From contig MU057651.1 in NCBI GenBank assembly GCA_013265495.1, positions 2,394,948 through 2,458,947 on the forward strand: a DNA stretch of 64,000 bases, in the 5' to 3' direction. A program made the translations under genes and the position numbers. The stretch comes from Vicugna vicugna. Taxonomy: Eukaryota. Below the pieces are notes generated by a model. The model made no database searches. It was not told where the DNA came from and saw only the letters and a program-made list of their open reading frames with translations. This document shows positions 11,451-22,955 of the stretch, in pieces (position 1 is the first letter of the stretch; every line of letters starts with the position of its first letter).

Positions 11451-11810
11451 AAGTGGTCTCTTTAGGAATGAGAGAAATCTCACCTCTCTGAAGTGGTCGT
11501 GCGTGACTCTGGCGGCAGCTGGGGATGTCCGTGGCGGCCTCTCAAGGCAACCCCAGCTTTGCTCCGGCAGCCTCGGCAGGCGTGCTCGAAGAGGGGAAAA
11601 TGGGTTCAGATTTCTTCTGCCAGGCGGTGACCAGGGGCTCTTCAAAGCGTCTCGAGCATGAATCATGTCCGGGCTGGCGTCCGGTAGAGCAGATAAATGT
11701 CGTGAGCAAATAGTAAACCTTTAGTGATTTTCTTCCTCAGCCAATAGCCCTTAAATTTCTTTCTTCTGCATTGCATACATTTTTGCCCGTTACTGCCTTC
11801 ATCTCCCTTT

Positions 11811-11925
11811 TTCTTGTTTTTACCTTTTTTTTTTATTTTAATTTTTTTAATGGAGGGACTGGGGATGGAACCCAGGACCTCGTGCGTGCCAAGCATGCGC
11901 TCCACCGCTGAGCCACACCCTGCCC
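11811..11925 (-). mobile_element. Vic-1-like SINE with target-site duplication tctcccttt
   Basis: Family head on the minus strand; tctcccttt occurs at 11802-11810 and 11926-11934. Confidence 0.88.
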
Positions 11926-12944
11926 TCTCCCTTTGCTTGTATGGGTTTCCGGGTCTTAAAATTGAGCAAGGCCCCCCCATGCCGGGTCCCCAGTGTTATC
12001 GGGGAGCACACAGACCTGCAGAGGAGGCTGTGGGCTGGCTGGTTCCAAACCCAAGTCAGGACGTGGATAATGTGGGAGCTCCCCCCTCCCCTAGGACTGT
12101 AGACAGCAGGCCAGGCTGGGGGGCTGGGTGGGCAGCAGCAGAGGAGCCAGGGAGAGGCCAGACGTGGAGAAGGGAGATCAGAGGCCGGAAAGGCGGATGG
12201 CCACCCTGCGAGAGAAGACGGGCAAGGTGCGGACTGGGGGTGGATTTATAGGGAGGACCTGGGGGCGGAAGCTCTTCAGTGCCGTGGGTCTGAAAGGGAA
12301 AGATGGTTCACACCGGCACCGAGGGGGCAGCTGCGTTAGCAGGAGGCCAAAGACCGAGGCTGATCTGGGGTCGAACGAGGCTCCCCACGTGGCTTGGCTA
12401 CACAGATGGATACTTGAGATGAGCTGGTGCAGAGGGAAGCATGAGGGTCAGCTTGAGTTTGAATGCAGGGGGTATACCTGCCATTTGTCCATGGCTGTCA
12501 CCTTCTGGAATGTCCTTGTGCCTCTACTCACGGACGTGCCCTGTCCCAGAGTGGGGAGGGGACCCCCATCATTTCTCCGGGCTTTGCTGTGGGACCTGAT
12601 TCTGCAGGTCGCGTCCCCCAGCGTGGTGTCCGGAGCCCAGCTCCGCACTCCTGAGCATTCTTGAACCTGAATTAGCACCTGTCATCTCCTTCCCTTCGAA
12701 GGGTTTGACCACAGTGCCGTTCACCCTGGCAAACATGCTAAGAAAAAAAAAAAAGTAGAAAAAAAATCTGGATTTTCCTAACTTCCCTCCACCGACCCCC
12801 GGAATCCAGGAAAATGATTAAATGTGTAAAAAAAAAAAAATACTTTTTCTCTTTTGGTCCATTCACTTGAAGTAAAAAAAAACCCTTCATTCGGTCATGA
12901 CTTTGAAGACTGAAGTGTGAATTCGTGCATTCTTATTGATTTAC

Positions 12945-13005
12945 TTTTAATATTATTTTATTGAGTTATAGTCAGTTGGCAATGCTGTGCCAATTGCCAG
13001 CGCAT
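12945..13005 (-). mobile_element. Short L1 3' terminal stub
   Basis: ttttattgagttatagtcagttggcaatgctgtgccaattgccagc, similar to the other L1 3' ends in the window. Confidence 0.6.
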
Positions 13006-16000
13006 TTTCAATCGGTGATTCTGGTGCCAGATTTACTTTCATCTTAAAGCTCCAGGCCGGATACGGAGACAGTTCCGAGGGCCGTAAGGCTCCTCCGCGG
13101 CCCGGGGAGCGGGGGACGCTGGAGAGGTTTTCACGATGGAAAACAGCGGGCTTTGGTCTCACGGGAGACGGGGCGGCTGGCTTTTGAGCACGGATGCTGG
13201 GCTGGCTTATCTCATCAGCAGTTAGAGGAAGCTGTCCCTATCTGTGTGGCGCATCTCCTCTGAACCGACAAACCCCGTGTGAGCTCGGGAGGAGCATTAT
13301 CTTGCAGCATCTGAGCGCTGGCTGCAGCTGAGCAGGAGCGCGTTCGGATGCGCTGGCAGCCGTGAGGGCGTCTCCCAGACCTTCATCCAGCGCTTGGGCA
13401 TCCTGGTGTCCAGCATTCTCATTTCCCTTTGAGGGATCCCTACAAACGTGTCACTTAGACGCCGGTGCACCTCCCTGTGTTACTCCCTGGGTCCTCCTAG
13501 TTGAAGACTTCTGCGGTGGATTTGATGGAGTAGGTCTGAAAACCCGCGTGCTGTTCAGCCTGCGCTGCCCTCATCCCGGGATGTCACCACGGCAGGGCCA
13601 AACCAACATGATGCCGGTTGCAAACATCAGCCGTTGCTTAAAAAAAAAAAAAAAAAGAGAGAGAGATACAAAGTAGCTTTCTTGTTTCCCATTCGAAAGT
13701 AAATGTCACAGGTTTTTGTGACCCCTGTTTTGTAGGTTAGTGCAGAACGTTTGGAAAACATCGTCTTTGCAGAACATGGTGACATGTAGGTACACTCAAA
13801 ATTAGTGACCGTGGGCTGGGTCACGTACCGTCCTGTCCTAGGATTCGGTGTAGACAGGTGGCACCGGGCAGCCGAGGCTTAGAAACATTCCTTGCAGAAA
13901 AATGAAACTGATGTGCACGGGCGCGCGCGTGTGTGTGTGCGTGTAGTAGTTGACAAGGGACGGCAGTTGGTCCCTTACAGGGGTCCCTCTGTGCCTGGGA
14001 CCCAGCGGTGGGGACGGTCAGTCCCTGGTTCTGCTGGCGCCGCCTCGCTGGCCCCGCCGGGCTCCTTCCCTGCGCGGTGACGGAGGCACCTTGTCCGTCA
14101 CCTTGAAATAGGAAAAGGGCCAAGCAGGTGGGTCACAAGGTAGATGGTCGTTCACACAGGCCTCCGTGGAGGTGAGCGTCACCTCCAGCCGGCAACTGGC
14201 TCCCAGAGCGGCTGCAGCATTTGGAGCCTGGGTGGACGCCTGCCCGCAACACCTCCTGGCGGGTGACTTGTGGTGACCCCACAAAACGCCTGCATCTCCT
14301 AAGAAAGCAAACACGGGCAGCAGCCATGGGCAGTGTGGCAAGGCCCCCGAAGGGTCTCAGCCGACATCAGGTGCTTCCCAGCGGCTGGAGGGACTGGGAC
14401 ACAGGGCAGGACCTGGCTGGAGGACCAGGAGGGGTGCGCGGGGCCGAGGGACCTACGCCTGGCTCTGTCCTGTCGTCCCAGGGCCAGCATGTCCCAGCCT
14501 GCCTGTACCTGGAGGGCAGGGACCAGGCTGCTCTGAGCCCCGCTCCCCTCACTGCCCAAGCTGAGTTCACTGTGCAGATATGGTTTGTATCGGCTTAGCG
14601 TTTGGTCCACACTGTGGCTTCTCCGGCCCTTAAGAAATGAGGACATCCTGCTGATTGGGCCCTTTGCTGAGCCTTGCGGCTCCAGGCAGGTGAAGCTTGG
14701 GGACAGATGTCCAGGCCGCCGTCCTGCACAGCAGGGCGGGATCGCACCTCCTCGCTCTCGGGGACTCAGAGGTTCCTTTGAAGCATGTGGACAGGAAAGG
14801 CTCAGACCTCGCTGGGCTGGGGAGTCGGGGGAGGATGGGGGAAGGTCGGGGGCCGGGGGACTTAGGGGGTTGAAGTTTGAGCCAGGGCAGAGGAGGTGAG
14901 TCACATTCTGACCTCAGGAAGCCAGAGGTGGGTGGGCGGAAGGGCAGGGGGTGGGTGGAGTCTGCAGCCGGCCCTGGCAGGGCTCGTAGGGGACCCCTCA
15001 AAATGTTTCCTCTGGGGGACAACCCTTCACACTTGCCGGCTGGAAAGATCGCGCTGGTGACCGCTGGCCAGGAGGCCGCGGCACAGAGGGCTCTCCCAGC
15101 AGTGGCCGCGGCGTGTGTCCACGCCGTCAGTGTGGACGCAGGAGGGACACGGCTGAAACTCCTCCGGTGGTGGCGGGGGCGGCCGCGATCGGCTTGAGCA
15201 GAACCAGAAATGCACAGGGGGTCGGGGTGACCTGAAAGTCGGGGGACGGTTTGTAGCCAAGGAGCTGTGTGGAAGGCAGGATGTGCGTGCCGGGGGTGGG
15301 GAGCCCCTTCTATCTGTGCCAGGAGGTCAGTGGGAGGGACTGGCGCACCAGGGCCTTGGGGACAGTTGCATGTGATTGTCTGGAAGAAAAAGCAAGGAAG
15401 GAGGCAGAGGGGGAGTGGATTCCGGTGCAGTTTCTGGACAGAAATGCTGTGTGGAAGTCATGGGGACAGAGGGTTCAGGGAAGGCGAGAAGACAGGGTGG
15501 GTGGAGGGTGCTGGGAAAAGGTGCTGGCAGGAGATGGGTGGTGATGGATGTCCCAGACGCAGCCAGGTCTAAACGTAGGGGAGCCTAGCCTGGTGAGGGG
15601 TGGAGCACAGACAGGCAGAAGGCGACCTTAGGGATGAGGACATGAGGGGACGAGAGGTGGGAGCAGGCTGAGGGCCGAGGGATGTTTTCCGGGTGACCTG
15701 TGTGAGAGGGGACCATTGAAAGATGCTGGAGGTTCCAACAGGAGTGGGGCTGGGGACCCCACCTTGTCCCAGCCTGGCCTGTGTCCCCAGCTGTCGCCCT
15801 GAGCCTCTCCCTCCTGCCTTCGGTCTCATTCCGCAGTCGCAGGGAGCAGGGGCCCCCCATGTCCCTCCTGCCCAGCGGCGTGTCTGCCCAGGGTGGCCCT
15901 CGCAGAGACAGCGCCCCTCCGGGGTTTGCTCAGAGCGTCCCCGCCACCTGGGCAGCCCAGCGTCCGGAACTTAAACTGCATTTAAGGTCCCTCCAGGGGA

Positions 16001-17321
16001 TGATTCCAGGCCCCTGTTTCTCAACGGGCCCAGTTGGTCTCTGGGCAGAGGGACCTTCATTGGTTGAGACTGTCCCTCCCACTGGGGGGGGCTGTCACCA
16101 CCCATGTCACCCCCCCACCCGGGTCCTCCTGACGCCCCGAGGCCCCCACGCACTTCCCAGCGGAGAACCCAGATTGCAGCCCTCCCCTCCCCCCACCGAA
16201 CCCAAACGCCCCATCGTCACATGGTTCAGCGTGTCCCCCGCACGTGAGCGTCACACTTTGTGGCTCACGGTCGAAGAATTTTTAATACAGTCTGTTGTGT
16301 CCCAGAATCTGAAGAATGGATTTTTTTTTTTTAAGGGAATCACCTTTAAAAAAAAATGGGACCAGGAGAAAAAATCAAAACATTGCCGCCTGGCCTTCCC
16401 AGCCCGGCTCCAACGGAGCACGTTAACTGCAAAAAGTTGCCCATTTTGACAAACAGAAACCAGAAACCAGAAACGTTAAACCTCGTTGTTGTACTGAGGC
16501 CAAGAAAGACGGATTCTGAGCTACGCGAGCCAAGAAGACACACGGTGTTTTCTGTCCTAGGTTTTTGGTCCCCATTTTATTTTCGGCTGTGTTCCATCTG
16601 TGTTGAAAGAATGTTGAGGTCTGTGTGTTAAACAGCCAACCGACATTTCGGTAACCTTCCTTCTACATGGGGTTTCAGAAAGAAATGGAAAAAAAAAAAA
16701 AGAGAGAGAGAAAGATTCTACACTGTGGTTGCCAGTTGCCACCTGTCCTGCTGGCTGGTTAGAACATTTTCTGATTTGGGAAGTGTGACTATAACCCAGA
16801 AAAAAAAAAAAGAAAAAGAAAAAAAACGCTTCCCCTCCTTTTATGCAAAAGCCAAGAGGTTTGAGCAGGCAGGGCTGAGCCCTAACCATCGCCCTGTGAA
16901 GTTTCCACGGCCCTGGTTTGGTGCGATGAAAACACTGGGCCGGGGCCGCCGCGCCCCCAGGAAGCGGCCTTCCTGGATTCACAGCCACCCCCCGGCCTGG
17001 GGAGGGTGGAGGCCGGGCTGCTGTTCCTGCCAGATACACCCAGCACCCTGCACGGTCTTCGCAGGAGCTACAGTTACCGCAGATCTGCTCAAAATTGTGA
17101 CCCCTTGGCCTGCTAGGAGGTGGGGGGCCGGGCGGGGAGGCGGAGCTCACAGGAAACTCAGGAGGGAGTGTGTCAGGTCCCTGAGCCGGGGCAGGGGGAC
17201 GTGCCCACTGTTAGACAACCTGCCAGGCTCCCGTCCACCTCTCAGAAGCCTGGAACCCTCTAAGGTCGAAAGGCTTGACGGCACGGAATACGGGCAAATG
17301 CTGTCAGTTAGGAATTTTATG

Positions 17322-17381
17322 TTTTATTTTATTTTATTTTATTTTATTTTATTTTATTTTATTTTATTTTATTTTATTTTA
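17322..17381. repeat. (TTTTA)n pentanucleotide microsatellite, about 12 copies
   Basis: Directly visible. Confidence 0.95.
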
Positions 17382-18782
17382 AGAGCTGGTTTATCTGCAT
17401 GTACAGTGGAAGCGAGAGTTGATTCCAAGTGGCTCTGGACGTGTCAGACCGACTAGACTGTCCGGATTCATAAGGAAGGCACCGCCTTAAGGCACGTCAC
17501 TTTTGTGGCTGGGGGAGTGTGACCAGGAAAGGCTCCTATGTCTCATTCATGAGACATGATGATTATTCCTACTGTGGTTCTTCGGGTTTGAAGAATTTTA
17601 AAGGCAAAGCAAGGCTGGTCTGCATTCTCTTAAGACGTTGCTAAATCACAATGATTTTTTTCCGGGAAAATCCTGGCCTCGCACTGTCCTTCGAAACGTG
17701 GCCTTGAACTTGGTCTTCTCCAAGATATTTCTGTATCGAGATCCTTGGGTGAGACGTGTGTGCGGATCTGGGGGGCGACCTCGTCCGTGTCCCTGAGTGT
17801 GCGGTGGTTTTGCCACGACACGTTTTCTGCAAAGACTCAGAGACCCGTGAGGGGCTCACTGCCACTGAGGGACCCGCCTCAAAGCACCTGACCCTGACCT
17901 TGGGGCGGCTGGGTTCAGTGGAGAATCCGGTGCCCTGTTTCCAGGAGGGAGTCCAGCTCGCTGCAGGGAGCTTCGGGCGCCCTGTCTAGGGTGTGGCCCC
18001 TCCAGGCCCCCGGCCAGTAATTTCCCTGCAGGGGATGCGGCCCCAGGCTGCCCATTTCCACGGAAACCACGCGGGACTGATTCCCGGAAAGCCTGGAACA
18101 GCCAGTGTCGGCGGGGGCGACGGACGGACGGCCCCCAGCCCGGGGTCCCCGCTGCGCCGAACAGCGCGCGGGGCCGAAGTGGCCTTTCTCATTTTCCGGG
18201 ATGAAGGACTGTCACACTCGAGGTGAAGCCCCGCAGAAATGAGAAAGGGACTTTTACGAACGCCCTGCAGGCCAGCGCCGTGATGGTCCGGGCTATGATT
18301 CTTGGAATCGGGCAGAAGTTGGCAGCTTTCGCAGTTTCACTGCGCTCTCCAGTTAAACAGGGTAACCATACAAACGCGACCTCGCCGGTGGCCCCAGAGC
18401 GCTTTCCGATGGCTTCTGTCCCCTCTCATGGTAAATCAGGTCTGTTTACTATTACCCGGTGTGGCCCCACTTTAGTTAATCTGAGCATCGTAGTCCAAGA
18501 CGTCTCGGGGACGCTTGTCATCAGCAGACGGTGCTGTGGTTTTAAGTGAAGTGGTTTTAATCCCAGAAGATAACCGGGTCGTTGGGCCGTTGTAAACCCT
18601 GCACTCACAATCATACAGCAGTATTGTTATTACTAATGTGTGGGCTTTTGATGTTTCAGTGTAGCTGTAGGTGCGAAAGATTCTGTTCAGGGCCGTGTGT
18701 GTGTTCACTTGTCTGGTTTCCCCATTTCTACATCTATTTCTTGTTACGGATGGAGCACCTCCATTAAAAATAATAGTAACAC

Positions 18783-18920
18783 GGGGAGGGTGGAGCTCGG
18801 TGGTGGAGCAGGGGCTTGGCACGCACGGCGTCCCAGGTTCGATCCCCGGCACCTCCGTTTAAATAAATAAATATACTTAATTACCTCTCTCCCCGCCAAA
18901 AAAACTAAAAAAAAAAAAAA
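18783..18920 (+). mobile_element. Vic-1-like SINE inserted in a MER33-like element
   Basis: ggggagggtggagctcggtggtggagc...ccaggttcgatccccggc...ttaattacctc plus A tail. Confidence 0.88.
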
Positions 18921-19053
18921 TAGACAATAGAAAAATCTTCAAATACTTACGTGCTGAACAACACACCTGTTTAAGAAAAAAAGAAAGAAAAATGACACCG
19001 GGTGGAATTAACTTGTATATATTTTATTTAACTCAGTATTCCCCAAATATGAT

Positions 19054-19118
19054 CTATTTTTTAAACATTTTTTATTATTTATAATCATTTACAATGTTGT
19101 GTCAAATTCCAGTCTTCT
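19054..19118 (-). mobile_element. 65-bp 5'-truncated L1 3' stub with 11-bp TSD ccaaatatgat
   Basis: ccaaatatgat at 19043-19053 and 19119-19129 flanks a T-rich tract plus ataatcatttacaatgttgtgtcaaattccagt. Confidence 0.8.
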
Positions 19119-20286
19119 CCAAATATGATTTAAACATGCACTCTATATAGACAATCGTTAATGAGTATTTTACCCCCCCTTTTTTTTTTTGTACTGAGTC
19201 TTTGCAACTCAGTGTGTGTTTTGTGCTGACACACATCTCAGTTTGGAACGGCCGCGTTTCGAGTCCTCAGAGGCCACGCGTGTCTGGGGCACCCTGTTGG
19301 ATGGGGCGGACCCACGGTTGTGTAGACAAGTGTGCCATGATGTCCCAGGCAACCTTTTCTGACACTTAGCCAGAAACTGGGTACTGGTCGGCTCCCTAAC
19401 GTGGTTTTAAAATCGGCTTCATCTTCAGAACACTTTCTCAACGCCCCCCAAACGGATGTGAAATTGGGCCTTCGCGTTCGGGCTTTGGCCATCTCTGATT
19501 TATGGAAAAATCTCGCTCCAGCCTGACTGTGTCCATCGTTTGGACTTATTTGCTGTCGCTCTTTGAAACCAACCTCAGTTTTGTAGACGCCTGATGGAGT
19601 ACAAAATCTCAAGAATAGAGCAAAATGTAATTTTTTAGCCTAGAAGCTGAATTGCGCCCAGGAACACGTTGTTTTTAGTTTTTGTTTTCATCCCTTCAGC
19701 TTATCCTGCTGCACCCGCCATGGCGGTTTGGGGGAGTGGGAGGCCCCTGTGAATTTTTTTGAAACCAGGCAATGGTTTTATGGACACAAAGCAGGTCCCA
19801 CCAGAGGGGCACCGAGTGACCAGGTCTCCGAAAACGGGCACCCTCCCCTCTGCGCCATCGTTTGCAGCAACTGTGGGGATTGCCAGCTTCTCGATCACAT
19901 CCCAAAATATGCTTCTGTGACCCGAGGAAGCCACGAAGCCGAGGTGGTAAAGCAGAGGCTTTTTCTCTCTTTTTCTTTTTCTTTTTTTCATTTTAATGGG
20001 GGAGAGGGAAGTGGCCAGCCTCCTGCACCGCATCCTGAGAAACCCAGCCTGGTGTTCCGTCTCGGCACACGGGTCCCGATGCCCATGCATGGGCCCCCCC
20101 CCACCGCACCCGACCGAGCTGAGCTGGGGGCCCAGGACCCCAGCCTTCCTGTGCAAGGCCGCCCCGTGCCTGCTGACCGGGGGACAGCGTGCGCTCCTGT
20201 GGCCGCGGGCTTCCTGAGCGTGCCGCGGCCCGCGGCCGCAGGCCGGGCGCTGGGCTCTGGTTGCGCCGCTCTCAGTGTCTTTGCAT

Positions 20287-20426
20287 CTTTTTTTCCCCTC
20301 TTGTTCTCTCCATCTTTCTTTCTTCTTTCATCTTTCCTTCTCTCTCTCCTTCCCCGTCTCTCCCCCTTCTCCCTCCCTTCTCCTTTCCTTCCATTCCTGC
20401 CTGTATTTCTTCCCTCCTTTCTTTTA
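20287..20426. repeat. Pyrimidine-rich (CT) low-complexity tract
   Basis: About 140 nt, almost entirely C/T. Confidence 0.85.
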
Positions 20427-22679
20427 ACATTGACCTTGGAAACAATTTCACCAAGATTCTCTTACTTGGGGCCAAGGACCGATGATGGAGACCTTTTAGC
20501 TCAGGAACAAACTAAAGAGGTTTCAAGGAAAGGCTGCTCGGGCACCCTGGGGCACCACACACCCGCGCGATGGGGACCCCGAACTGGGAGTGTGGACGGC
20601 GGTGCAGAGAAGACGGCGCCACCCAGGTCTCCAGGTCACTGCTCTGGTCTTTCGCTGCTTGTAAAGCGGGACAGACGGGGATCCCCTGGTTGCTTGGCAA
20701 CAAGAACTACCTCTCCGCACAAGACGGCTGTACCAGGGAGGCAGCGTCATGGTGACAGGGAGCACACCTGGCTCAGCTGAGTGTTGGCGGAGGGAGGCTG
20801 GGTGGCGGGCGGGGCTGGGGGCCAGGACGGCGCCCCCCGGGCCCACGTGCCCGGAACACGCCCTTGGGGGAATCCAGGCTTTCCCATCACCCACACTCAC
20901 TTTGCAGTCCCCACCCCCCACCCCCATCATGCCCCTTGAAGCCCCAAACACGATACTTGAATATTTGAGGCAAGGCCTGTTTTTCCTTTTAGAAACAGTC
21001 CAGAGTCCGTTTGGACCCCCAGACCTTTGCACACGGTGTGGAATGAATCCTGGGGGGGCTATTGCTTTGTCCAAAAACAAGGTTTAATGGTAAAGTAGCG
21101 AGAATTGTTTTCTGGGTCAACATCTCAGTTCGCCCTGAAAGACGACCTTGTGGACGACAGTGGGTCTAGCTCGCTGCAGGGTTTGGAGCAGCCGTGATGG
21201 GGGCAGGCGTCCCCGGCCTCCGCAGCCGTCATCCGCAGATGCACTGCCCTTGTCCCCGAGCGCGTGCTGTGCGGGGCAGTGCTGGGAGCGCCCCTTAACC
21301 CGCTGGCTGGGTTGGGACAATGACCGTCTTGCTTCCCCTGCTCCATCAGCGCTCCACGTGCAAAGGATGCCGCGGGGCCCGTGGGTGACGCCTCCGTGTA
21401 ACCCACATGAGGGCACCGGGCTCCCTGTGCCTGGACCTTGTGCGCAGCTGGACTGCTCCACCCCTGCAGGCAGCTCTTCTGAGATGGCTTTCCCACCCTG
21501 GTACCACCGTGGGGGAAAAGCCAGAACCCTGATGAGCTCAGATCACACCAGATCCAGTGGATTGTGAAAATCCTCTTTCTCGGGGCTGTTCGTGAGACTG
21601 GCTGGAGGGGTAGAAAGTCTCTGGGGAGAGCTGAGAGTTCAAAGTCAAGCTTTTCGCCATCAAGTAGCAGTAATTAACACACAGGGAAGGAAGCAGTGCT
21701 TACACAGTCGAGGGGGGAAATAAAATGCCACCTCGAAATGTTAAATCGAATATACACGGAAAGTAAGAGGGAAACGAATGTTTCCAGTTGTGCTGCGGAA
21801 TTACACTTTGCTTTGCAGAGTCTGGCCTTCTCCGGGCCCTTAAGAGACAAATAACCTGGATTAAGAGCATCATGGGGATCTCGGAGACCATTAGTGTGCC
21901 CTCCGGTGACGCACCGTCTTATTCAAATGTGTACAGGTGTAGATTATGAGTTCCTTTTTCCCTCTTCAGTCTTGAACGTTGGAAAGGAATCGCAAAGTTA
22001 ATTGGCACATTAGTGAAGATGCTAGTAGCTTCAGAGCGCCACCCCTGAATCGGTTCCCAGCTTCCAGCCGCTGTCATGGGGAGTCAAATGCGTGAGAAGT
22101 GGGGTCCCCAAGGGGTGGGCCAGACGGCAGGCACCTGCAGGGGGACCTTGCACCCCGTCTGCGGCGGGTGTGCAGCCAAGGGACCGGCCCAGCTTCTGAG
22201 CGGGGTCAGCATTCCAGGGCGCAGGGGAGCAAGCCAGCTTTGGAGGGTCGGTTAATGAGGAAAATGCTTTGTAAGTATCTCCTTTGTCCCAGGCACCCCG
22301 CGAGACACAGGGGCGACCGAGAAAGGTTGGATTCAGGGGCTCCAGGGGTCTACCTGCTGGTGGGAGGGAGGAAGGGTGCAGCTGAGCAGAGAGGGGAAAA
22401 AGTAAAAAGGGGAAAAACACAGATAAACTGTGTTCTTGTCCCACAGGCAGTTCTGCCGGGGTGTGGAGTCTGCTACGTAACCGTGAGCATGTTGGCCCGG
22501 TTGCACTGAAGTTCACGGCGCCTTTTGTTAACTGCAGTAGGTCCGTTCCCCGAGTGAAAAGACGGATCTGTGTGCATGTGAATGAAACGAGGAAAATTTA
22601 GGGAAGGTTCTGATTTAGGGAGGACCCCTTCCTCCACCCCCCACACCCGCAGAAGCAGCCATGCACACAGATTTTGTTT

Positions 22680-22955
22680 TTTCATATAATTTTTAAAGTT
22701 TACTTTCCATTAAAATGTTGGCCATGTTCCCCGTGGTGGGCAAAACATTTTTTTAAATTGAAGTGGAGTTGATTCACGATGTGGTGTTAGTCTCAGGTGC
22801 ACAGCAGGGTGATTCCGTTATGCATTTATATATATATATCGTTCTTTTTCAGACTTTTTTCCATGATACGTTATCACAAGCCATTGCGTGTTGTTCCCTG
22901 TGCTGTAGTCGGTCCATGTTGTTTGTGTCTTTTATATGCAGTAGTTGTGCCTGTC
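22680..22955 (-). mobile_element. L1 3' end fragments (L1MA-like)
   Basis: ttttaaattgaagtggagttgattcacgatgtggtgttagtctcaggtgcacagc...gttccctgtgctgtagtcggtcc. Confidence 0.8.

Larger units (their letters stand above)
18753..19311. mobile_element. MER33-like hAT-Charlie relic interrupted by a SINE and an L1 stub
   Basis: attttatttaactcagtat...gtactgagtctttgcaactcagtgtgtgttttgtgctgacacacatctcagtttggaacggccgcgtttcgagtcctcagaggccacgcgtgtctggggcaccctgttggat aligns with the MER33 body and end as recalled. Confidence 0.7.

Noticed and set aside
16454-16474. Short tandem repeats (cagaaac)3 and (gtgcccg)n at 63032-63057
   Set aside because: Ordinary slippage repeats with no further structure.
19728-20780. 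350-aa ORF, the longest in the track
   Set aside because: Runs through a CT low-complexity tract, has no recognisable domain, and lies within a GC-rich intron where stop-poor frames are expected.
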